Assembly (NCBI RefSeq): GCF_964213995.1
Contig: NC_135819.1
Coordinates: 36,394,001 to 36,458,000 of the forward strand
Direction of reading: 5' to 3'
Source of the DNA: Mustelus asterias
Lineage: Eukaryota
Length of the DNA: 64,000 bases
The first letter of the stretch is position 1. Every line of letters starts with the position of its first letter. The notes under the pieces are model-generated. The model was not told the origin of the DNA and made no database searches. It saw only the letters and a list, made by a program, of their open reading frames with translations. Below, piece after piece: positions 25,661 through 37,195 of this stretch. Made by a program: the position numbers and the translations under genes.

Positions 25661-25841
25661 CGAGCGCTTTGATTGGTCAGCTGCCCCGACCTTCTCCGCT
25701 ATCTCAGCCAACCTGTCGATGAGCTTGGTCTCTTTGTCAAATTCTTCTCGCATGGCTTGCCCCGAACAGCAAAGCACAGCTGCCAACAGCTGGCCATACC
25801 TCCCCTTAAATCGAGAGTCCGCCAAGCCATCCTTCAATAAC
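25661..25841 (-). CDS. pik3c2g: PI3K-C2gamma exon: LLKDGLADSRFKGRYGQLLAAVLCCSGQAMREEFDKETKLIDRLAEIAEKVGAADQSKRS
   Basis: Acceptor ttcctctgcag and donor gtgagt; 181 nt. Helical/kinase junction, visible inside ORF 25598..25948. Confidence 0.93.
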
Positions 25842-25964
25842 CTGCAGAGGAACACAAAGAACAGTTCGCACTCGAGCCTGCACATAATGAACAGAATTAC
25901 ATCAAAAGTCACGAACACCGAACAGTCGACTATTTCCCTCAATAGCACAAGATTCCAATAATGT

Positions 25965-26440
25965 TCTATTTGATTTGATTTGATTTATTATTGTCACGTG
26001 TACTGGGGTATAGTGAGAAGTATTGTTTCTTCCGCACTATACAGACAAAACATACTGTTCGAAGAGTACATAGGGGAGAAGGAAAGGAGAGAACATAGAA
26101 CAGTACAGCACAGAACAGGCCCTTCGGCCCACGATGTTGTGCCGAGCTTTATCTGAAAAGTATGAAGAGAGGATGCAGAATATAGCGTGACAGTCACAGA
26201 TAGGGTGTAGAGAAAGATCAGATTATTAGAAAGGTTAAAGGAGTTAGAGTTAAGTTTTAAGAGCTTAGAATGAGAGTTAAAGATGTGCGGGTTAGGTGGA
26301 TTGGCCATGCTAAATTGGCCCTTAGTGTCAGGTGGGGGTTAGTAGGGTAAATAAGTAGGGTTATGGGGATTGTGGTCAGTGCAGACTCGATGGGCCAAAT
26401 GGCCTCCTTCTGCACTGTAGGGATTCTATGATTCTATGAA
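25965..26440. mobile_element. Rex tail (minus) with an inserted CR1 tail, followed by the 3' half of an HE1 SINE (plus)
   Basis: Direct matches to other copies in the window. Confidence 0.75.
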
Positions 26441-26574
26441 AAGATAGAACTAGAGGTTATGTTGGGGACAGCTCGCAAAAAGTCGCCATGCTCCGGTGCC
26501 ATTATTTTTTCTCTGCAAGGTAATCCAGAAAATTGTCCCCAAAGGCTGCTAAAATTAGGCCAGAACAATTTGTA

Positions 26575-26735
26575 GATGTGAAGTGGAGATGCCGGCGTTT
26601 GACTGGGGTAGGCTCAGTAGAAATCTCACAACAGCAGGTTAAAGTCCAACAGGTTTATTTGGAATCACAAGCTTTCGGAGCGCTGCCCCTTCATCAATGA
26701 TGGACATTAACCTGGTGTTGTGCGACTTCTTAATT
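26575..26735. mobile_element. Penelope-like collapsed palindrome with a hammerhead remnant. Related pieces at 16425-16515, 41085-41165, 45222-45290 and 59390-59472
   Basis: gtggagatgccggcgtt.gactgggg...gttaaagtccaacaggtttatttgg...gctttcggagcgctgccccttcatca. Confidence 0.7.
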
Positions 26736-27111
26736 TGAAGATGGGCAGTGTTATCTTATCAAAAATACTTACCCCACCCCCCTGCTCCCCTATAACCTAT
26801 GCTGAAAATTTATGAACAACACCAATACTTTCTGAACTGCTTATCCATTCAGTCTAACATTGAAAATATTCATAAAACAGCTTCACAAAGGCACGGAAAT
26901 GGACCTATTCTGTGGCATATGATATTGGATCACTTCTACTTTGTGGGGGGTGTGGGTTGGGGGGAGAGTCTAAAACACATAACAGAGCAGTTGGCAGCAT
27001 TTAGAAGCTGGAAAAACTCGGAAAGCAAAGTAGGGCATTGGGCCTCCTGAGCCTACATTCAATTAGGCCACCTGGGTGCTGATTTGTCCTCTATTTACCT
27101 GCCTCCCAATT

Positions 27112-27298
27112 ATAGAATCATGGAAACCCTACAGTGCAGAAGGAGGCCATTCGGCCCATCGAGTCTGCACCGACCACAATCCCACCCAGGCCCTACCCCC
27201 ACATATTTACCCGCTAATCCCTCTAACCTACACATCCCAGGACTCTAAGGGGCAATTTTTAACCTGGCCAATCAACCTAACCCGCACATCTTTGGACT
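27112..27298 (-). mobile_element. HE1 SINE 3' half (a similar half-copy lies at 40678-40850)
   Basis: Tail and body match 4899-5246. Confidence 0.85.
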
Positions 27299-27849
27299 TC
27301 AGACCCCCTCGACACACTCACTTAATAAAAATCCACCTCCGTCTCAAACTCTCCAAGTGACCCAGGATCCACTGCATTTTGGGGAGAAAATTCCAGATTT
27401 CTATTATCCTTTACGTGAGAAATTGCTTCCTGAATTCCCTTCCAAATCGCCTAGCTTTCATTTAAAAAACCACGCCCCCTTTTTCTGGCTTGTTCTGTTG
27501 GAGTAAATCTTTTCACTCTGCGTGTCCTACTGATTCTTTTTCACACCCAGTCAGGTCATGCCTGAAACTTCTTCAAAGTTAATACAAGACACTCAAGTTA
27601 TCCTCAATATAATACTGCAAGATCAGGTATAATTCTGGTGAAGCAGTATACACACTCCAATGTCAATACAGTGGCTGAAATTCTCCGGTCTGGCAGATCT
27701 GGCTGAGTGCCAAATTCTCAATTCTCACTAGCAGTGGTAGCAGAATGTGTGAGGCTGGAGAATTGTGGCTATCATCTCGGAGGTGTCAAAAATTGGACAC
27801 AGTATTCCAGGTGTGATTATTCCAGCCCTCTTTAAGATAAAGACTAATT

Positions 27850-28332
27850 CCATATTGTGTACAATGTTGGTTCCCTTATCCAAGGAGAGATAGATTTACC
27901 ATAGAGGGGTGCAGCGGAGGGTCTAGATTAATCGCTGCGATGGTGTGATTCTTTTATGAGGAGAGATCGAGGAGACCGGGTCTGTTTTCTCAAGAGTTTC
28001 GAAGAATGAGGGGTGATCTTATCGAAACTTACAAAATTCTTACATGATATGACAGGGTGGGGAAATATCTTATGTTTCCTCTGGCTGGTGTATCTAAAAC
28101 CAAGGAACATGAGCTCATCATAAAGGACAGGCTACTGAAGACTGAGGTGAGGAGGAATTTCTTCACTCACAGGGTGGTGAATCTTTGAAATTCTCTACCC
28201 CAGAGGACTGTGGAAACGCAATCATTGAGTCTATTCAAGACAGAAATCAATAGATTTCTGGCCACTAATAACATCAAGGGATATGGAGGGAGTGTAGGAA
28301 AGTGGCGCTGAGGGAGGTGATCAGCTATGATC
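27850..28332 (+). mobile_element. Degenerate CR1 3' fragment
   Basis: gaagaatgaggggtgatcttatcgaaac...aggaatttcttcactcacagggtggtgaatct. Confidence 0.8.
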
Positions 28333-30079
28333 ATTTTTTTATTTATTCATGGGACATGGGCATCGCTGGCTGGCCAGCATTTATTGCCCATCGCTAGTTG
28401 CCTTTGTTGGGCAGTTGAGAGTCAACCACATTGCTGTGGCTCTGGTGTCACATGTAGGCCAGACCGTTGAAGAACGGCAGATTTCCTTCCCTAAAGGACA
28501 TTAGTGAACCAGATGGGGTTTTTCCGACAAATGACAATGGTTTCACGGTCATCAGTAGATTCCTAATTCCAGATACTTCAGTTTTATTGAATTGAAATTC
28601 CACCATCTGCCGTGGTGGGATTCGAATCCGGATCCCCAGAACATTAGCTGAGTTTCTGGGTTAATAATCTAGTGATAATGCCACTAGACCATTGCCTCCC
28701 CTTGACTAAATCTAACTAAATGGCAGAGGCCGGCTCGACAGGCTGAATGATCTATTAGTCTTTTTGATTACCTTGGGTACTTGCCTGTTAGCTTTACCAG
28801 ACTGGGTTCCTGGCCCCCGAGCTTCCTGAGGACAATTCTCCCTCTGTATAAAGTGAATGGACGGAAACTTTTGGGCCAATGGTTGCAGCAGCAGAAAACC
28901 TTGGCCTTATTTTCCAGGAGCTTTTGGCAGAAAGCAATTGCACGTTTCATTTGGTTCCGATTCACTCCATTTCCAAATCTCTCACACCATAAATAATTTC
29001 ACACAACAACGGTCACCATCTGTCCCCTTCCTGGACTCCCTATGTTGGATCAGCATTGATGAGACCTTTGACATTGGGGCATAAACATCTTTGCAGCTTT
29101 TTGACTGAGGGTGGCATTGACTGCTACTGATTGGAGCAGAGGTGTTTATGTGAACTACCTGTGTCCCTGAGTTTAATTAAGCCATAGGCCTCGCTGATAT
29201 ATGTGGGCTAACACCTCCTTTAGGAGACACAAGCATGCTTAGCTCTGACATACCATTATCTCCCGAGTACATTTTCCAGGCGACACTTCACTTATTAAAG
29301 GGTCTGTTGCCTCAAGCAAGAAACAACAATCACTGCATTAAAGATGTACGAAAGCAGGACTTTCAGAGCAAGATGCTGGAGGAAGAAATGTTTTGCTCCC
29401 AGTCACACATGACCACTAGTGTCTTAATGCAACTCTTCATCATAGTGCGTGGATATTGACTGCTTCAGCATGGATGGTTCAGGGTCTTCCTGCAGTTAAT
29501 AAGGATTCATCCACCAAGGAATTAAATCAATTCCCACCATTAAAGTTTGTAGCTGAGTAACAAGTCCAGCTAACTCCTCATCCGGGTGTTCACTGAGCGA
29601 TACAAGCACCTGATCACAAACACCTTGATTTTAAAATTCTCGTCCTCATGTTCAAATCCTCTCCATGAACCAACCCCTCTCCAGAATGGGGATGAGAATC
29701 ATATCAGCCATGGTTGAATGGCAGAGCAGACACGTTGGGCCGAATGGCCCAATTCTGTTCCTATATCTTATGGTCTTATCTCTGTTATCGCCTTCAACGC
29801 TCTCCGAAGAATTTGCATTCATCTAATTCCAGCCTCTGATGCATCGCCACTTCCTTTTCCCTGCCATCAAGTAGCCATTACTCGATTGGCCTTGAATTCT
29901 GGAACTCCATCCTCGATCTCCCTTGTGCCTGTCCAGACACACCTTAAAATCTTTGACCAAGCTTTTAACATCTTGTGTCACTTTTTGTACGATTATGCTC
30001 CTGCAACATTCCACTACTTTGAAGGTGAATTGTTATTATATCTCACCTACAGTCACACATCACAATAATCCTGTGGTCT

Positions 30080-30403
30080 AAATCAAGGACCCCACACATC
30101 CCGGACACACTGTCTTCTACCTTCTTCCATCGGGAAAAAGATACAAAAGTTTGAGGTCATGTACTAACTGATTCAAGAACAGCTTCTTCCCTGCTGCCAC
30201 GAGACCTTTGAATGGACCTACCTTTGCATTAAGTTGATCTTTCTCTACACCTTAGCTATGACTGTAACACTACATTCCACATCCTCTCCTTTCCTTCTCC
30301 CTTACAACTATATGAATGGTATGCTTTGTCTGTATAGCGTGCAAGAAACAATACTTTTCACTGTATCCCAGTATATATGATGGTAAAAAAATCAAATCAA
30401 ATC
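30080..30403 (+). mobile_element. Rex/Babar 3' end
   Basis: Matches 2850-3160. Confidence 0.85.
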
Positions 30404-30684
30404 CTAAATGCAACTAAGCACAATGCAATTATTAAAATCAAATAAAACTTAGGTGCCATTCTATCTCCATTCCCTAGTTAATTTTCAAATCCAGGCAATT
30501 CGGTAATTGCTGTGATGGAAATGTTCAATTAATCACACTAGGATTTATTCCTCTTAATCCGATGAAACAACTGCATCTAGTCTTGAAGAAACTTGGCATT
30601 AACAGGTAAAGATAACAACTAGGTGGATCCCAGAATCGGCGGGAGAATGAAAAGTTTAAAAGAGTACTGTATTTTAGTATAAAG

Positions 30685-31115
30685 GCAAAATTCCAACGGA
30701 TGCTGGAATCTGAAACAAAAACAGAAAATGCTGGAAAATCTCAGCAGGTTTGACAGCATCTGTGGAGAGAGAATAGAGCCAATGTTTCGAGTCTGGATGA
30801 CCCTTCATCAGAGCTGACTCGAAACGCTGGCTCTATTCTTTCTCCACAGATGATGCTGTCAGGCCAACTGTACTTTAGTGCCTTGCTTGTTATCTCCAAA
30901 TATTTTTTGGGGGACAAACATTAAATAGACACAAGAACAGAGGATGCTGGAAAAGCTCAGCAGGCCTGGCAGCGTCCGTTAGGAGAGAAAGCAACGCTAA
31001 CGTCTCGAGTCCCTTTGGCTCTTCTTCAGAACAAACGGACTCGAAACGTAAACTCTGCTTTCTCTCCTTATGGATGCGGAGTTTTTCTGGCAGCCTCAGT
31101 ATTTTTTGCTTCTTA
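30685..31115. mobile_element. Two adjacent Penelope-type inverted-repeat remnants with minimal hammerhead motifs. Relatives at 9505-9560, 37570-37660 and 50800-51680
   Basis: gatgctggaa..ctcagcagg..tgrcagcatc arms in inverted orientation. The minus strand reads agct-CTGATGA-agggtc-atcca-gactc-GAAAC-att-ggct. Confidence 0.7.
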
Positions 31116-31674
31116 AATAAACACATGTGCGATTGTGACTCAGAAAGTATCTCCTCGTCCTATGTGGTTGTACCCATGTCTATGTGCAACCAACAGTGGG
31201 AGAAAACAAGATTTAACACGTTGTGACTGGTGACATTTCTACCTTTCGGCTAATATGTTTGCTTCAGACAACCTCAAATCTCAGTGCACAAGGAACATGA
31301 GAACTAGAGGTAGGCCATTCAGCTCGTTGAGTTCACTTATGGTTGATTTTCTATTTTAACATCATTTTCCTGCACTGTCCCCATAACGCTAGGTGTAAAA
31401 GCGGGTGTTCTAATACTAAGAAGCTCACACATGGCCTGTAAAGGATGATCAGTGCAGGATGATTGAGTAATGACACCACAAAGTGAGGCAATTCGGCCCA
31501 TCATCTCTGTGTCAGATGGTTCTGTAATTTTATCTGGAGCTCCCATAAAGTAGTTTGTTCCCTCCCCCTAAGCTTGACCATGTGTCTTCCTTTGAGGCAA
31601 CCCATCTTCAAGTATATCCTCCTACTCGTTCCTAAGTTAGGAATGATTAGCTAACTGTTTAGATCTTAAATTCT

Positions 31675-32022
31675 TAGAACCGTAGAACCCCTACAGTGCA
31701 GAAGGAGGCCTTTCGGCCCATTGAGTCTGCACTGGCTCACTGAAAGAGCATCTTACCCAGGCCCCCCACCCCACCACCTTATCCCCAGAACACTGTGTAT
31801 TTACCATGGTTAATCCACCTAACCTGTGCATCTTTGGACACCAAGGGGCAATTTAGCATGGCCAATCCAGCTAACCCGCACGTCTTTGGACACTCAGGGG
31901 CACCCGGAGGAAACAAATGCAGACATGGGGAGAACATGCAAACTCCCCACAGTCACCAGAGGCTGAGAATGGAACCCGGGTCCCTGGCGCTGTGAGGCAG
32001 CAGTGTTAACCACTGTGCCACC
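31675..32022 (-). mobile_element. HE1-type V-SINE (older)
   Basis: Tail, core and head recognisable. Confidence 0.8.
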
Positions 32023-32707
32023 TCAGTATCACATCTTCCAACAATATTCGCTGAATCTCCCTTTGTTATGCAAGTGTGAGAAGTAACTGTGTTGGTTTCT
32101 CACAGAGGCTTAAAGAGGGGACGGGGTTGCCATCAGGAAAGATTCTAACAGCCAGAACTCCAAACTGTAACTTACATCAACGGGGCACAGCAAAATTGCG
32201 CATGTGTGGCTATTTCCATACTACTCCAGCTGCTGCAGAATATAAACAAGCTGATTAACAGCATCTGGGCTCTTATCCAGCATATAAACACTAAATAAAA
32301 GATAGTTGCACTGTTTGGGGATCTGTTGAAAGCCAATGGAGCAGTTAGTACTGAATGTTCTAAGTATAAAACATCAATCTTCCAGTTGCAGCCACCAGTC
32401 AGCACCACATTTAGACTGCCGAATGAAGCTGTACCTCAATGTCCCTTTATCACTGGCTGCTTGGCTGCTCAGCTGTGAAGCTTAGTCTCAACTACCTGGG
32501 CCTGGTTTGGAGAGGGGGAGCTTTTTAAATCTGTGCTAGTTTCCAACAACATCCCAAACCTGCCTGTCACAGTCCTGCTGACTACAAACAGGTCTGGATG
32601 GCAATTCATGAGGTAATAGAGCATTAAACAGCTGGAAAACAATGAAAGATTGGAGCAGGCAGAAGAAAAGTGCCTTTTCCGTGTCTGTTGCAGTTCTACC
32701 AGGTTTC

Positions 32708-33038
32708 ATCATAGAAATCATAGAAACCCTACAGTACAGAAAGAGGCCATTCGGCCCATCGAGTCTGCACCGACCACAATCCCACCCAGGCCCTACCCCC
32801 ATATCCCTACATATTTACCCACTAATCCCTCTAACCTACGCATCTCAGGACACTAAGGGCAATTTTTAGCATAGCCAATCAACCTAACCCGCACATCTTT
32901 GGACTGTGGGAGGAAACCGGAGCACCCGGAGGAAACCCACGCAGACACGAGGAGAATGTGCAAACTCCACACAGACAGTGACCCAAGCCGGGAATCGAAC
33001 CCAGGTCTCTGGAGCTGTGAAGCAGCAGTGCTAACCAT
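32708..33038 (-). mobile_element. HE1-type V-SINE (young)
   Basis: Near-identical to 23750-24081. Confidence 0.92.
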
Positions 33039-34129
33039 GCTAGTGTGTACGCTGGGCTAACTCTAGCACAGTCCCCATTGGAGGGAACACTATAAAGAAC
33101 ATTTTTTGCTGGAATATAGAATAGGCTTCACAACGTTTCATTATTCATTTGTGGGACATGGGCGTCACTGACCAGGCCAGCATTTATTGCCCATCCTAAG
33201 TTGCCCTTGAATTGAGTGGCTTGCTGGGCCATTTCAGAGGGCAGTTGAGAGTCAACCACATTGCTGTGGCTCTGGAGTCACATGTAGGCCAGACCAGGTA
33301 CCGACGGCAGATTTTCTTCCTTAAAGGACATTTGTGAATCAGATGGGTTTTTCCGACAATTGACAATGGTTTCATCAGCAGATTCCTAATTCCAGATTTT
33401 TTTTTACTGAATTCAAATTCCACCATCTGCCGTGGTGGGATTCAAACCCGGGTCCCCAGATCATTAGTGGAGTTTCTGGATTAATAGTCCAGCGATAACA
33501 CCACTAGACCACTGCCTCCCTACAATTGATTTTGATGAATTTGCAGGGAAATCCAATTGGCACCAATCAGATTTGAACCAATCTCGGTCATTTCATATTA
33601 ATCGCCAGAAGTTAACATTGCCACCAACGGGCAACCCAGTTCACAGGGAATAAAACCCTGTAAACATCTAAAGACACAAAAGTTTGTGAGCCGTCTCATA
33701 TCCCTTGCCACGTGGTACCATGTGAAAAGCTTGGAGAAGCTCCCCACTTGCTGCCTGCACTGCAGGTCTTTAAGAACTTCCTCGGATTCAGCCTCCGTGA
33801 CTCTTAGATGAAGCATAAATTCATGTTTGTTAGCGGAGAGGTCAACTTGATGCTACTTCGGTGAGGTGGACCATTTGTCTGCAGTGAGAGCTGACATTTG
33901 ATTGGGTCGGGGAAGGACAATGGGAAAGTCCGGGAGGCAGTGCACGCTGGCTTTGGGCCTCTTGTGCATTTGGTGCTCTTTGGGTTCATGGCCACGACCC
34001 GAAGGTACCCAAAGGTTGAGACATTTCTGTTGCCTTTAAAAAAATGTTTTTACTTCATCCTTAAAGTTACAAAGCCAATGCTCAGAGTCGACCGGGCAAA
34101 CCGGAATCCATTCCTTGCTTGCTCCAAAA

Positions 34130-34580
34130 ACCAAATTCAAAATCCAATTGAATCCAATTCATGATCCCCACAAGGGAGACAAACAAAATCCAAGCTGACA
34201 AGATAAGGATTTGCACCCCAGCTTGGGCTTGGTCTGATGCTTGATCTTAACCAAAAGGCCAAGAATTTTTTTTGTTAGCTACATCCAATCAAATCCAATC
34301 AAAGTCAAATTCAAAGTCTCAACCAGTGAGACATTACAGATCCAAGCTGACAAGACATGCTGGCCGCTTCCTGTCTAGGGCTTGATCTACATGATCCAAG
34401 TTGATAGGAGCAGGCATCGCACCCCCTCCAGTGCCTGATCTCATTTGCATCTTAGCCAAAAGGCCGAGATGCCGTTTGTGAAAAATTGCTTCAAGTGAAG
34501 CCTCAGTGAAACCTCGTTGACTTCTATGAAGTGCAGGACTGCCAATACGACACTTGATCTTAGCCAAAAGGCCTAGAATG
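34130..34580 (-). mobile_element. Tandem units headed by U2 snRNA 5' fragments (Keno/Tx1 5' region or SINEU-like)
   Basis: U2 nt 6-39 at 34578-34545 (32/34), nt 4-27 at 34472-34449 (23/24) and nt 6-31 at 34265-34240 (24/26), compared with the vertebrate U2 5' sequence. Confidence 0.75.
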
Positions 34581-34784
34581 TCACCTCTCCATTTGGCACC
34601 CTGAGGTGCCACTTGGACTGGGGAACAGAACCTAATGTATAAGCACACTCAAACTCTTACTCTTCAAAGTGTACCTTGTATCTTGTGAATGTTCAGGCTG
34701 GAATTTCTACACATTTAAAGTCAATTGGCAAAATATTTAGGTGATAATTTGTAAAAATGTGCATTTTTAGAAAAAAATTTCAGT

Positions 34785-35109
34785 TTAAAATTTAAAGTTT
34801 ATTTATTAGTGTCATAAGTAGGCTTACATTAACACCGCAATGAAGTTACTATGAAAATCCCCTAGTCGCCACACTCCGGCGCCTGTTCGGGTACACTGAG
34901 GGAGAATTTAGCATGGCCAATGCACCTAACTAACGCGTCTTTTGGACTTTGGGAGGAAACCGGAGCACCCGGAGGAAACCCACGCAGACACGGGGAGAAC
35001 GTGCAGACTCTGCACAGACAGTGACCCAAGCTGGGAGTCGAACCCAGGTCCCTGGCGCTGTGAGGCAGCAGTGCTAACCACTGTGCCATCCTGTGCCACC
35101 ATGCCGCCC
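34785..35109 (-). mobile_element. V-SINE subfamily B
   Basis: Head, core and B tail. Confidence 0.9.
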
Positions 35110-35624
35110 TTAGCAAGAAACCATTGCTCATCAGAGAAAAGAGAAACAGAGCCTTATTATTTCAGCTAAGAAGACGAGGATTATCATAATCCAAATGGTA
35201 TGCGACAATCCAAACTGCCGTGATAGAGAATGAATCACACTGATGATAAAGCATTTCATTGGAGTACTGTGACCAAAATGAACCATCCCAGTTTCTGGTG
35301 AACTTGCCAGAGGGATTTCAAAGGCACTTTATTCAAATTGTTTGAAAACCTATTTTTTCAGTGTGACGAACAGCTTTGCATCATCAGGAATCATTGCAAG
35401 ATACAGTGCAGAGAAGCAGGTCATGGCTGGTTGTGTCTGTGATAAAGATATCAAGTTAGTCCCGTCTCCCTGGTCATTCCCCACATTTCTGCAACGTTCT
35501 CCTTTCTTTGTGTATATCCCTTCAGAAAGTGATTATTGAAACATTTCCTACCACCCTTCCAAGGCAATGCATTTCACTTCATAACAGCTCATGGTGTAAA
35601 AGAAGTCTCCTCGATATGCAGGAT

Positions 35625-35831
35625 ACAGTAAGAAGTCTCACAACACCAGGTTAAAGTCCAACAGGTTTATTTGGTATCACGAGCATTCGGAGCGCTGCCC
35701 CTTCATCAGATGAGCCCCACTCCCATGATGAAGGAGTGGGGCTCATCTGATGAAGGGGCAGCGCTCCGAATGCTCGTGATACCAAATAAACCTGTTGGAC
35801 TTTAACCTGGTGTTGTGAGACTTCTTACTGT
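35625..35831. repeat. Perfect palindrome: 99-bp arms, 9-nt loop, Penelope-derived, with a hammerhead motif in each arm
   Basis: 35625-35723 is the exact reverse complement of 35733-35831. Confidence 0.92.
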
Positions 35832-36484
35832 GCCCATCCCAGTCCAACGCTGGCATCTCCATGTCATCATATACAAGATATACAGCACAGAAACAGACCA
35901 TTGTCTCAACCACTCCATGGGGGGTGTACATGTTCCAACAAACCCCCTCTCACATTTTTCTCATTTAAATCTGCCATTTCTCTGAGCCTTTTCTCCCCCA
36001 TTATCTTTAATTTGCATCCTTTTGTTCCTGACCTTCCAGGCAGTGGAAACAGTTTCTCCTTATTCACTATAAAAAAAACCCTTCAGAATACTGAATACCT
36101 CGATCAATCCTCCCCCTAATCTCTGCTCGAAACAGAAAACCACAGTCTCTTCACATAACTGAAATCCATCATTGCTGATTCTAGTAACTTTCCTCTTCAC
36201 TCTCTTTCAGGCGTTAATGACCCAGAATCTCCAAGAGTTTGGACAGGGTGCATAATCTGCCCAATAGGATTTTAGGCGGAGTCTTTGCACCTTCCAATGC
36301 TATTTCCAGCGGGAATGGAAGGGCTGGACACTGTCAGGAGACAAACTGTCGAAAATATTCCACCGCAGCGATGTCCCCTTTTCTCATCGCGCCCCTTAAG
36401 GTCTGCCTTCACTTACTGGAGTTGCATTATTTTAAGTGGAGCTGCCAATCTCAACATTGCACAGGCTTACCTCCCCCACCCTCA

Positions 36485-37195
36485 GCCCCACCCCACCGAC
36501 AGCACTCACCCTCCACCCCCACCCCACCGACAGCACTCACCCCCCACCCCAACCCCACCGACAGCACTCACCCTCCACCCACACCCCCACCCCGCCGACA
36601 GCACTCACACCCCACCCCCATCCCCACTCCACCGACAGCACTCACCCCCCACCCCCACCCCACCAACAGCACTCACCCTCCATCCCCACCCCCACCCCCA
36701 CCCCACCGACAGCACTCACCCCCCACCCCCACCCCACCAACAGCACTCACCCTCCACCCCCACCCCCACCCCGCCGACAGCACTCACCCCCCACCCCCAT
36801 CCCCACTCCACCGACAGCACTCACCCCCACCCTCATCCCACCGACAGTGCTCACCCCCACCCCACCGACAGCGCTCACCCCCACCCCCACCCCGCCGACA
36901 GCAATCACCCCCACCCCCACCCCGCCGACAGCGCTCACCCCCACCCCCACCCTGCCGACAGTGCTCACCCCCCCACCCCCACCCCGCCGACAGTACTCAC
37001 CCCCCACCCCACCCTGCCGACAGTGCTCACCCCCACCCCCACACCGACAGTGCTCAGCCCCCACCATCCGACAGTGCTCACCCCCCACCCCGCTGACAGT
37101 GCTCACCCCCCCTCCCCTACCCCTGCCCCGCCGACAGTGCTCACCCACCTCTCCCACCCCTGCCCCGCCGACAGTGCTCACCCCCACCCGCCTCC
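36485..37195. repeat. C-rich minisatellite (ccgacagcactcacc + cccca runs)
   Basis: More than 20 variable-length units; source of the Pro/His/Thr-rich ORFs. Confidence 0.95.

Noticed and set aside
28768-28965. Possible extra pik3c2g exon (ttatacag...aag|gtaatc)
   Set aside because: No PI3K similarity, and the flanking exons already join in frame (TG|G) with no missing residues.
33598-33995. Short minus-strand ORFs downstream of the U2-headed units as a Tx1 ORF1
   Set aside because: No zinc-knuckle or other recognisable ORF1 motif; left unassigned.
34545-34578. Functional U2 snRNA gene
   Set aside because: Only nt 6-39 are present, the branch-pairing GTAGTA is changed to GTCGTA, and there is no Sm site or 3' stem-loops.
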